Shown in pieces: positions 15,320 through 23,136 of a stretch of DNA of 36,752 nt. Below the pieces are notes generated by a model, which made no database searches, was not told where the DNA came from, and saw only the letters and a program-made list of their open reading frames with translations. How positions within the stretch are numbered: the stretch's first letter is position 1; each line of letters starts with the position of its first letter. The translations under genes and the position numbers were made by a program. The stretch comes from a virus. Its lineage: Duplodnaviria; Caudoviricetes. Location: the IMG/VR virus record IMGVR_UViG_3300037462_000147, positions 1 to 36,752 of that record; one strand, given 5' to 3'.

Positions 15320-16342
15320 GTGAGCAATCTAGCGACCATTCAAGGCGATATCTACAGCGTTCGCCCTCGGTTTGAAGCTTTGGCCGGTAGCGGCCTAAGC
15401 TTTGACCGCGAAGCCGGGTTTGCAGTGCAACTGCTGCAATCCAATGATTACGCCCTGCGCGTTGCGACGGAGAACCGGCAAAGCGTCATCAATGCCGTGA
15501 CCAATATTGCAGCAATTGGCATCAGCCTGAACCCCGCCAAGCGGCAGGCCTACCTTGTACCTCGTGACGGCAAGATTTGCCTTGACATCAGCTACATGGG
15601 GTTGCTTGATCTGGCGATTCAGTCTGGTTCGATCCTTTGGGGGCAAGCGGAGCTTGTGTACGACGCGGACCAGTTTGAGCTAAACGGCTTTGATAAGCCG
15701 CCGCTGCACAAACGCGACCCATTCAGCGGCGCTCGTGGGGGCATCAAAGGCGCATACGTTGTGGTCAAGACGCACAGCGGCGACTACCTCACTACCTGCA
15801 TGAGCTTGGGCGAGATTCACGATATCCGCGACCGGACCAAGGCGTGGAAGGCGTACATCGAAAAGAAGAAGCTCTGCCCGTGGGTGACCGACGAAGGCGA
15901 GATGATGAAAAAAACCGTCATCAAGCGCGCCTACAAGCTTTGGCCCAAGACAGACAAGCTGGACAACGCCGTGCATTACCTGAACACAGACGGCGGCGAG
16001 GGCCTGCACTTGGAAGAACCCAAGAAGACAGAAGGCCCCAGCGGACCTATCGGGGCAACAACTGGCGCACTCGCAGAGCAGTCCATTGAGGTGCAAAACG
16101 TCCTGCGCGATTGGGCAGAGGAAATCGAAGCCGCGTTTCGTCGCACCGATGGCGGGATTGATGAGGCATTCCCCATCTATCAAGCGCGCAAGGCCTCTAT
16201 GGTGTTTGTGACCGAAGGCGGGCAGACCGAAATAGACGCGCAGCAAGTTGCCGCGCTTTGGAGCCTGCTCCCTTCGGACCTTCGCACCGCAATCAAGCAA
16301 GCAGGATCGGCAATCAAGGCCGCAGCAACTGAAACCGCGTAA
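15320..16342 (+). CDS. recT: RecT-family single-strand annealing recombinase
   Basis: A.IGISLNP..RQAYLVPR....CLDISYMGL...VY..D.F...PWVTD.GEM.KKTVIKRA.K.WP; GGAG RBS before GTG 15320. Confidence 0.92.
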   Translation: MSNLATIQGDIYSVRPRFEALAGSGLSFDREAGFAVQLLQSNDYALRVATENRQSVINAVTNIAAIGISLNPAKRQAYLVPRDGKICLDISYMGLLDLAIQSGSILWGQAELVYDADQFELNGFDKPPLHKRDPFSGARGGIKGAYVVVKTHSGDYLTTCMSLGEIHDIRDRTKAWKAYIEKKKLCPWVTDEGEMMKKTVIKRAYKLWPKTDKLDNAVHYLNTDGGEGLHLEEPKKTEGPSGPIGATTGALAEQSIEVQNVLRDWAEEIEAAFRRTDGGIDEAFPIYQARKASMVFVTEGGQTEIDAQQVAALWSLLPSDLRTAIKQAGSAIKAAATETA

Positions 16343-16351
16343 GGAGCAAGC

Positions 16352-16960
16352 ATGAAGTTCACCCCGTTCCCCAAATTGCCGCGCCTCTCGCGCGAGGTCT
16401 TCATTACCGAAAAGATTGACGGCACCAATGCGTCGGTTTACATCGAGCCTGACGACGGCAGTGTGCTTGATCCCACGTTGCCTTGGCTATTCGGTGTCGC
16501 CAACGGACCGTATCGAATGCTCGTCGGCAGCCGCACGCGCTGGATCAGACCAAGCGACGACAACCACGGCTTTGCAGCGTGGGCATGGGAAAACGCCGAC
16601 ACACTGGCACAACTTGGCCCCGGTCATCACTTTGGCGAGTGGTGGGGCAAGGGTATTCAGCGGGGCTATGGCCTCAACGAAAAGCGCTTTTCGCTGTTCA
16701 ACGTCTCACGCTGGACGGAAAACACCCTGCCACCCGGCCTGCATGTCGTGCCCACGCTGCTCCATGCAAGCACGTTCACCACGCCGGATATTGAGCGCGT
16801 GCTGGGCGTACTGGCCTCGCACGGCAGCGTTGCCGCGCCAGGATTCCCCCACCCCGAAGGCGTCGTGATCTACCACGTCGCCGCTAACCAATACTTCAAG
16901 AAAACGCTAGTCAAGGACGAAGAACCCAAGTCCAAGCATCAAAACAAGGAGCAAGCATGA
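16352..16960 (+). CDS. ATP-dependent RNA ligase, minimal Rnl2-like nucleotidyltransferase domain
   Basis: Motif I EKIDGTN, Ia GSRTRWI, III FGEWWG, IIIa FSLFN, IV EGVVI, V FKK. Confidence 0.85.
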   Translation: MKFTPFPKLPRLSREVFITEKIDGTNASVYIEPDDGSVLDPTLPWLFGVANGPYRMLVGSRTRWIRPSDDNHGFAAWAWENADTLAQLGPGHHFGEWWGKGIQRGYGLNEKRFSLFNVSRWTENTLPPGLHVVPTLLHASTFTTPDIERVLGVLASHGSVAAPGFPHPEGVVIYHVAANQYFKKTLVKDEEPKSKHQNKEQA

Positions 16961-17379
16961 ACGTCTGGACATTTGTAGGCCGCATCGGCAAGGACGCCGA
17001 AACCCGATACACCCCCAAGGGCGATGCAGTGTGCTCATTTAGCGTCGCAGTCGATAGCGGTTATGGCGAGAACAAGACCACTACCTGGGCGCGTGTAGCC
17101 TTGTTCGGCAAGCGTGCCGAGGCGCTGGCGCAATACCTCACCAAAGGCCAGCAGGTGGCCGTATCGGGTGAAGTGACCCTGCGCCAGTACAAGACCAAAG
17201 ACGGCACCGAGGGTTCGTCGCTGGAGGTGCGCGCGCAGGACATCACGCTGGTGGGCGGCAAGCAGGAGGCGAAGCAAGAAGCGCCGAAGCCTAAGAAGGA
17301 TGCGCCTAGCTTTTCGGATATGGACAGTGACATTCCTTTCGCCAATCCCTATCGCGGGAATCTTGCCTATGTTGTCTAA
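16957..17379 (+). CDS. ssb: Single-stranded DNA-binding protein
   Basis: GRIGKDAE.RYT..G.AV..FSVA...W....LFGKRAE.LAQYL.KG..V.VSG; acidic DMDSDIPF followed by a 12-aa extension. Confidence 0.95.
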   Translation: MNVWTFVGRIGKDAETRYTPKGDAVCSFSVAVDSGYGENKTTTWARVALFGKRAEALAQYLTKGQQVAVSGEVTLRQYKTKDGTEGSSLEVRAQDITLVGGKQEAKQEAPKPKKDAPSFSDMDSDIPFANPYRGNLAYVV

Positions 17380-17815
17380 GCGCTGCTCAAAGTGTGGCGC
17401 GGTTAAACCGCTGTTTGACTTTTACAAAGACCGGCAGAAGTCAGACGGTCACTCAAGAAGGTGCAAGCTTTGTATAAATGAATATTTTGAAGCCTACAGA
17501 AAAGAAAAGGCAGAGCAAATAAAAGCCTACCAAGCGGTTTACACAAAAACAGATCAAGGCAAAGCCGCCCACAAAAAAGCAACGCAACGCAGCAAACAAA
17601 AGCACCCGCATCGCATTGCGGCCCGAAGTGCGATTAACAACGCCATTATTAGCGGAGCCGTCAAGCGGCAGCCTTGCTTTTGCTGCGGGAGCGAAGATTC
17701 TCAGGCACATCATGCAGACTATGAAAATTATTTGGGCGTTACGTGGTTGTGCGCACAACACCACAGACAGGCACACAAAGAACATCGGCAATATCAAAAA
17801 GAGTGCGCCAAATGA
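17369..17815 (+). CDS. Zn-finger/HNH-type (homing-like) endonuclease
   Basis: CSKC..KPL.DFYK.....DG....CK.C N-terminus; CFCCG...AHHADY....V.WLC..HH; locally AT-rich. Confidence 0.75.
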   Translation: MLSKRCSKCGAVKPLFDFYKDRQKSDGHSRRCKLCINEYFEAYRKEKAEQIKAYQAVYTKTDQGKAAHKKATQRSKQKHPHRIAARSAINNAIISGAVKRQPCFCCGSEDSQAHHADYENYLGVTWLCAQHHRQAHKEHRQYQKECAK

Positions 17816-18195
17816 GAACGCCAAAGTGCTTTGTGTTGCTTGATGACTCTAGGCGGCAAAGAGCAATTGATTCTGTTCTTTCCGCCCCGGACGGGTGGAT
17901 TGTTTCCATCAACGAACGAGGCCGAACGGTCCCACAAAATTCAAAATTGCACGCGCTGCTGACCGACGTAGGCGAGGCCATCGGCTGGAAATTCAACGGG
18001 CAGACCGTGGACCTTGATGACATCAAGACCATTTTTGTGGCAGCCTATCGCAAAGCCCAACAAAAGGAGATGCGCATGCTAGTCGGAATTGACGGACAGC
18101 CCGTGCTGTGCAACTGGCGCTCGCGTGACTTGCTGAAGCACGAAATGAGCGAGCTGATTGAATACATCAACGCCTGGTATGCGGAGAACGTATGA
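17812..18195 (+). CDS. ninB: NinB/YbcN-like recombination protein
   Basis: RT..QN.KLHALL.D....W......KT.F...SRDL...EMSELIEYI.AW.AE. Confidence 0.85.
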   Translation: MRTPKCFVLLDDSRRQRAIDSVLSAPDGWIVSINERGRTVPQNSKLHALLTDVGEAIGWKFNGQTVDLDDIKTIFVAAYRKAQQKEMRMLVGIDGQPVLCNWRSRDLLKHEMSELIEYINAWYAENV

Positions 18196-19655
18196 CGGAC
18201 ATGGACAAGATTGTTCAGGCGCTGGAGATGGCGCGGCGCGTTGTTGAATATGACGCGGATTGCTATGCACCTGAAAAGCTTGACGCTGCCATCTGCGCCG
18301 CCCGCCGACTCGCGGAGCAGCAGCCGGTGGGCATGGCCGATCTACAGAAGCAGCTTGAAGACACCAAGCAATCGCTTGCGTTCTACAAGGGCCGCTGCGA
18401 TGCGCTCCAAGCCTGCCAAAGCACCATGCGCGACCCAGAGCGCACGATGGTCTGCGACATTCTCGCAAACGGCTCACTGCTGATGGACGGCAAAGGCTGG
18501 CTGGCTGCTGAGCGATACGCGGAGCGATACCCCCAGCCCGCAGCGCCGGTCGCGGAGGTGCCGGATGGGGTCTGGGAGGCGCTTCAGCGGATGATCGAAG
18601 ACGGCTTGGGGCGCGGGCAGGCCAGCCGAGAAGACGCCCTGACGGTCGCGCGCTACCGTGACCGTGTGCTGCTCCTTCGTGGGCTACCCGTCGCAGCCCC
18701 GCAGCCCGCAGCGCCGGTCGCGGAGGTGCCCGAGTTCATGATTCGAGAGGTCAAGAGAGCAATTGCTTCGGCTGAATTTCCGCAAGGAATGAGCGTGCAT
18801 GACGGCAAGGCGCGCATTGGAGCAGACATTCTGCGCCGCCTACTTGCGCTGGCCGCAGCCCCGCAGCCCGCGCAGGCGGTGGCGCTGTCGGATGCGAGCG
18901 AGGCCCGAAGCGAGTTGCGATGCTGGCTTGAAGCATTCAGGGCAATTCGAGAAGCAACTGGCACGCAGGGGCAGGACGTGTCGGCCACGGTTTCGGCGGT
19001 AACTGACGCGCTGAATAACGTCGTGCGTTTCATCGGCGTTGACCCGCTCGCGCCTACGAAGGGTGCGGCGTTGCCGATGATCCCCGATAGCTGGCGCTTT
19101 GGGTTCAGCAAAACGGATAGCGGGTTGCAGTTTTGCTTGGACGATAACGGCCCGTTTGTGGCCTGGGACTCGGTGAAAGACACGCTCGCCGCAGCCCCGC
19201 AGCCCGCGCAGGCGGTGGCGATGTCGGATCACGAGCTTGAACGTCTGACAGGAGAGCCGCACGTTGATGGATGGCCTCTGTATAGCGGGCTGCCGCCGCC
19301 CGCGCAGTCCGAGAAGCTGTCAGATGAAGAGCGCGCCGAACTGAACCGCCTGCGCGCACTGGTGAACACGCCAGAGCTTCACGACTTTGCCCGCGCCGTG
19401 GTGCTTGAAGCCGCCCACCAGCGCGAGCGATGGGGTTCTGAGCATGACGCAGGCAAAGAGCCGCAAGACTGGTTCTGGCTGCTTGGCTATTTGGGCGGCA
19501 AGGCGCTGGCTGCGCACGCGGCAGGGAACACCGAGAAGGCGCTGCACCACACAATCAGCAGCGCCGCCGCGCTGGCTAACTGGCATGCGGCAATCAGCGG
19601 TTCGCACACGGCAATGCGGCCGGGTATCGACCCAGAAGCACGCGGCATCACGTAG
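18192..19655 (+). CDS. Mosaic multidomain early protein (Ea22/Ead-like organisation) with repeated PQPA linkers; C-terminal domain possibly MazG-like
   Basis: 487 aa; linkers PQPAAPVAEVP x2 and AAAPQPAQAVAxSD x2 are repeated at DNA level. Confidence 0.75.
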   Translation: MTDMDKIVQALEMARRVVEYDADCYAPEKLDAAICAARRLAEQQPVGMADLQKQLEDTKQSLAFYKGRCDALQACQSTMRDPERTMVCDILANGSLLMDGKGWLAAERYAERYPQPAAPVAEVPDGVWEALQRMIEDGLGRGQASREDALTVARYRDRVLLLRGLPVAAPQPAAPVAEVPEFMIREVKRAIASAEFPQGMSVHDGKARIGADILRRLLALAAAPQPAQAVALSDASEARSELRCWLEAFRAIREATGTQGQDVSATVSAVTDALNNVVRFIGVDPLAPTKGAALPMIPDSWRFGFSKTDSGLQFCLDDNGPFVAWDSVKDTLAAAPQPAQAVAMSDHELERLTGEPHVDGWPLYSGLPPPAQSEKLSDEERAELNRLRALVNTPELHDFARAVVLEAAHQRERWGSEHDAGKEPQDWFWLLGYLGGKALAAHAAGNTEKALHHTISSAAALANWHAAISGSHTAMRPGIDPEARGIT

Positions 19656-19669
19656 AAGGGAGAGCAGCA

Positions 19670-19852
19670 ATGCGCCGCCTAATCACCCTGGCAGCTTACG
19701 CCGAACTCTACCCCGAATGGACCGAGCACATGTTGCACAAGCGCTCAGCAGAGCCGGGATTCCCCAAGCCGCACCCGCTGAGAAAGAGGCCGAAGATGTA
19801 CTGGCTGGATGAGTTGGAGTGCTGGTTTGGGTATGTGAGGGAGGCGGCGTAG
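19670..19852 (+). CDS. AlpA/excisionase-like winged-helix protein
   Basis: ...PGFPKP..L......YWLDELE.W pattern; RBS; last gene of the rightward early operon. Confidence 0.75.
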   Translation: MRRLITLAAYAELYPEWTEHMLHKRSAEPGFPKPHPLRKRPKMYWLDELECWFGYVREAA

Positions 19853-19894
19853 TTCTGCCCTAGCAGAAAATTTGTAACAGCGGCGGATGAGCCC

Positions 19895-19923
19895 TTGACG
19901 TTACCGGTAACGCGATCTATGAT
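19895..19923 (+). promoter_or_regulatory. Strong sigma70 promoter with palindromic operator in the spacer
   Basis: TTGACG, 17 bp, TATGAT; perfect 14-bp palindrome CGTTACCGGTAACG (19899-19912). Confidence 0.85.
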
Positions 19924-19954
19924 TCATCCATCAACAGCGTAACCGGAGAAACAA

Positions 19955-20089
19955 ATGCAAATCACCAAGCTCACAATGACGATTTTTGGTAAGCGCGGCT
20001 TTGTGTATCGCGTTGAAGACGCAAACGGCGAAGTTCTCAAGGTATGCGCTACGTTGTCTGAGGCCCAACAGTGGATGGCGCAGCAATGA
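19955..20089 (+). CDS. 44-aa hypothetical protein (MQITKLTMTIFGKRGFVYRVEDANGEVLKVCATLSEAQQWMAQQ)
   Basis: Read manually; GGAG RBS; first gene behind the strong promoter. Confidence 0.7.
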   Translation: MQITKLTMTIFGKRGFVYRVEDANGEVLKVCATLSEAQQWMAQQ

Positions 20090-20238
20090 ACCCGCAAAAG
20101 AATGCAGACAAAGAAGCGCGCCGCCTAGTGCGGCTTGCCTATAAAACAGGCGGGTCTGTGCCCTACAGCCTGCGTAGGCTGCTAGACCTTGGCTTTAGCC
20201 TAAAAGTCGTGCGAGCTGTTTATAGGGAGGTGACGTGA
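20086..20238 (+). CDS. 50-aa basic hypothetical protein (MNPQKNADKEARRLVRLAYKTGG...)
   Basis: Read manually; ATGA coupling. Confidence 0.6.
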   Translation: MNPQKNADKEARRLVRLAYKTGGSVPYSLRRLLDLGFSLKVVRAVYREVT

Positions 20239-20399
20239 CAACATCAGCCTTTAGAGTCGCAGCCCTGCGCCAGCGTCGGGCCGATGCGGGCCTTGTGCGG
20301 GTTGAACTGTGGGCCACACCCGAACACGCCGAGCGCATCAAGAAATACGCTCAGCGCTTGGCTAATCGCGCTGCCACCTGTGCCGCCGTCTCCCGGTAG
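20235..20399 (+). CDS. 54-aa ribbon-helix-helix-like regulator (MazE/DUF3018-like)
   Basis: GGAGG RBS and GTGA coupling; RVAALRQRRADAGLVRVELWATPEHAERIKKYA. Confidence 0.7.
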   Translation: MTTSAFRVAALRQRRADAGLVRVELWATPEHAERIKKYAQRLANRAATCAAVSR

Positions 20400-20479
20400 T
20401 ACCGCTGCTGAAGGATGCGGGTTTTTAGGCGATGAGCGGCTTTCGCGCGGCTTGACTTCTGGGGGATTATCGCTCATGC

Positions 20480-20830
20480 TGTGTGGGTCACGCCACTGAC
20501 AGCAGTATCCGTGGCGGGTTCCGCTACCGACCCACCCCCGTAAGGGGTGACCTCACGCATGGCGGTTGCAAGCAACGAGAGCGCTTGCCGCTGTCGCCCA
20601 TCTCGGGGCAACAAAGACGCAGGCTAGGCCCATCCGGGCCGAAACAGCCGCCAGTCGTGAGGGGAGCGCGCAGGCTGTGCGCGAACCTGCGGGCAATGCG
20701 CACCACCCCGCCCAAAATGCACACCAGCCTCCGACGAATACACACCGGCCCCCTCACCTTTACGGGCAGCAGTTCCAAAGCTACTGAGTGCGGTTCCATA
20801 AGCCGCCCCCGATTTTGTACAGTTTTTTGC
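20480..20830. ncRNA. Candidate second structured non-coding element (strand uncertain)
   Basis: Nested multibranch helices found by eye (listed in findings); no credible ORF. Confidence 0.55.
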
Positions 20831-20868
20831 CCTGTCCATTTTTAGTGAACACGGCGGAAAAATGAACG

Positions 20869-21918
20869 CTACTGCCGATTGCGCAGGAACGTCAGGTAGT
20901 CGGCTGCGGCTTCGTGGTCCCAGAATGGCTTCACGCGCTCAGCCTCAACTCTGGAATATGGGTCTAGCACCAAAGACACGCTTGGTGCGGCGCGCTGGGG
21001 CCGGAAATTCCGCTCTTTCGCAAAATCGTCAATGACCTTGTAGCCGCTGACTCGGAGCATCCAGTGGCAAACGCCATCAATGGACGGGACCATCCCAACT
21101 CCGTCCACGTGTTTGTGGCCTGCAATGAGTACATGGTCACGATGGCCCCACAGCGTCTCTTTTCTCAAGCCGTGCACGGGGTTAAATTGGCTGTCCCCTG
21201 GGAAATCATGGCGCGCATGAATGCGGATTTCTTCTCCGTTAGGCCAGCGCAGCGCCATGCGCACACCGTGGGCTTGCGTAACGCCGCCCAGATTGCGCGT
21301 CAGCAGGCCAAGAATGTCTGCACCGTTATTCCATAAGTCGTGGTTGCCCAGCACAAAGAAAAGCGTCGGGGCGGCCTCAAGCATCCATTCGGTGAGGCGC
21401 ACGCCTTCTGCAAACGTGGTGGACTGGTTTGCGTAAAGCTTTTGCAGACGACCCACCCACGAATTGGTAACGTCCCCCAGATGCCCCGCATACATGCCGG
21501 GCGTGCGTCGGATCACCTCTAGGTCAGCTTCTAGCTGCTCGATGTCGCAGTAGTTGTCATCGACGTGAGGATCGCCAATCGCCATCACACAGATGGGCTT
21601 TGTTTCTTTCACCTGCACCGGGATCAGGCCCGCCCATGCGTCGTGCTCTTTGGCCCTCCTCATGAACTGCTTTTTGCGGTCTAGGATGGCCTCGATGGGC
21701 TCGTCCGTGACGGGCGATGCGGTGACCTGTATCTCTTGGGCTACATCGCGCACCACTGGCACCCGGCTGCGTCCGTTTAACCAGTCGCTTAGGGTCCTGC
21801 GCGGCACCCCTATCTTTGCTGCGTAATCGCTCACTGTGCCGCCCGCTGCTCGGTGGGCGTCATAGTCAGCAATCAAATCGTTGATTTCTTGGGGCGTTCG
21901 GACGCGGGTTCGTGTCAT
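20869..21918 (-). CDS. Calcineurin-like metallophosphoesterase with N-terminal HTH
   Basis: GDPH, GDVTN, GNHD, RH and GHKH motifs; N-terminal YAAKIGVPRRTLSDWL HTH. Confidence 0.9.
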   Translation of the reverse strand: MTRTRVRTPQEINDLIADYDAHRAAGGTVSDYAAKIGVPRRTLSDWLNGRSRVPVVRDVAQEIQVTASPVTDEPIEAILDRKKQFMRRAKEHDAWAGLIPVQVKETKPICVMAIGDPHVDDNYCDIEQLEADLEVIRRTPGMYAGHLGDVTNSWVGRLQKLYANQSTTFAEGVRLTEWMLEAAPTLFFVLGNHDLWNNGADILGLLTRNLGGVTQAHGVRMALRWPNGEEIRIHARHDFPGDSQFNPVHGLRKETLWGHRDHVLIAGHKHVDGVGMVPSIDGVCHWMLRVSGYKVIDDFAKERNFRPQRAAPSVSLVLDPYSRVEAERVKPFWDHEAAADYLTFLRNRQ

Positions 21919-22202
21919 TTGGCGGTCACCATAAATTGATGAAGCAGGTTGCCGAACGCATCAACCTCGCGCTCGTCGTGCTGAGTTTCCCCGGCACTAA
22001 ATTTGATGGCGTGAATCAGTTCATGAAAGAACGTCGCCTCGCGCATCTGTCGGGGCAGGCCCTTGCGCAGCCGGATCGTTGCAGCCTCAAGGTCGCAGTG
22101 GCCGTATTCGGCAAGCCCCTCGGTGTCCACGACCCGCTAAGTTGTCCCGGCAAGTTGGAACGATTCAGGCACGCTTACCGCCTGTTTTGCTTTGCGGCAC
22201 AT
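21915..22202 (-). pseudogene. HExxH (zincin-like) small protein with in-frame TAG at 22139-22137; alternatively a shorter intact gene from GTG 22130
   Basis: Frame reads MCRKAKQAVSVPESFQLAGTT*RVVDTEGLAEYGHCD....I.L......EATFFHELIHAI. Confidence 0.55.
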
Positions 22203-22411
22203 TCGCCATACATCCCGATCACGGTTAGCGCCCACTGGCGCAGGTCGCCTGTCAGCTCAGGGAGCGGCGGGCACGGCTGGGTTAAAGCCTGCTGCGGCAT
22301 TGGCGGCTCGGACGGCTTCGTTAACGTCGAGCACCCCGTCACCGTTAAGACAAGCGCCCAAATTGCTGTCAACTGCACTATTTGCAGCGTTTTGTGAATG
22401 TGTAGATGCAT
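22175..22411 (-). CDS. Outer-membrane spanin (Rz1-like lipoprotein)
   Basis: Signal peptide with lipobox VTGC; Pro-rich, LTQPCPPLP...YGECA; overlaps the i-spanin in another frame. Confidence 0.85.
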   Translation of the reverse strand: MHLHIHKTLQIVQLTAIWALVLTVTGCSTLTKPSEPPMPQQALTQPCPPLPELTGDLRQWALTVIGMYGECAAKQNRR

Positions 22412-22643
22412 TAGGCTTCGATCGCAGTCTGTTGATGGTCTGCTGTAGGGTCTGCTGCGCGGCTAGGGCATCAGCGGCCTTTTGTGCTTCTGCTTTTGCT
22501 TGCATATTGAACGTCTCGCGTTCAGTTTGCAAGCGTGCCAGCTCTCGGCTATCGGTCACCTTCTTGTGCAGCCACACGCCGGAACCCATGCCGAACAGGA
22601 ACACGGCGGCGACGAGAGCAAGGCGAACTAGGATGCCGTGCAT
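22257..22643 (-). CDS. Inner-membrane spanin (Rz-like)
   Basis: N-terminal TM helix, coiled coil and C-terminal Cys; follows the endolysin. Confidence 0.85.
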   Translation of the reverse strand: MHGILVRLALVAAVFLFGMGSGVWLHKKVTDSRELARLQTERETFNMQAKAEAQKAADALAAQQTLQQTINRLRSKPNASTHSQNAANSAVDSNLGACLNGDGVLDVNEAVRAANAAAGFNPAVPAAP

Positions 22644-22713
22644 GTATCAAGAATCCCGTTTTGCTTTACAGGTCGCATTACTTGTGCATAAGTAATGTGA
22701 AAAATTAAGCACA

Positions 22714-23136
22714 TCACGCACCGTAGAGCTGTGCTTCGGCAGCACGCCTGCGCACCAGACCGGCCAGCACCTTGCCCCCGGCCTTGTTCCACAGAGCGAA
22801 GGCGTCTCGCGCCTGGTTGAAGTTGCCCGCGTTGTGGTGGCGCAAAACACTGGAGCGCCGGAAGGCACCTAAGCCGATGTTGAATGCAAGCGCCGTCATG
22901 GCGGCAAGCTGGTTGTCTGTCGGCTTGCGGGTGCAGAGCTTTGCCACGCCCTCGGCGAACTCGTTGACCTCTTTGGCAAGGCGCACATCGGCCTCGGCAC
23001 GGGTCATGGTGTCGCCGGGTTTCACGCCTTTGGTGAAGCCGTAGCCAATTGTCCATACGTCGGCAGGGCACTTGTAGGCGGTGTCGCGGAAGCCTTCAAA
23101 GTGCTTGATAAGCTCAAGCCCCGCGCGGTTAATCAC
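22714..23136 (-). CDS. Endolysin, GH24 lysozyme
   Basis: IK.FEG....AY.CPADVWTIGYG catalytic E-D-T; FNIG.GAF..S; W..AGGKVL.GLVRRR..E. Confidence 0.95.
   Translation of the reverse strand: MINRAGLELIKHFEGFRDTAYKCPADVWTIGYGFTKGVKPGDTMTRAEADVRLAKEVNEFAEGVAKLCTRKPTDNQLAAMTALAFNIGLGAFRRSSVLRHHNAGNFNQARDAFALWNKAGGKVLAGLVRRRAAEAQLYGA

Noticed and set aside
19853-19868. Hairpin TTCTGC-CCTA-GCAGAA as terminator of the early operon
   Set aside because: Short stem and no proper U-tract on the plus strand; too weak to call.
20244-20477. 77-aa minus-strand ORF
   Set aside because: No RBS, and it overlaps antisense the better supported RHH-like gene; cannot be fully excluded.
20560-20760. tmRNA (minus-strand GGGGCCGG..UUCG) or hammerhead ribozyme (GGGCC-GAAAC)
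   Set aside because: No matching T-arm/acceptor CCA end or tag reading frame found, and no CUGANGA core. Kept only as an unassigned structured element.
21915-22202. Genome-wide amber (TAG) recoding
   Set aside because: Core genes are unbroken in the standard code, TAG ends several genes normally (19655, 19852, 20869, 29998), and no suppressor tRNA was seen.
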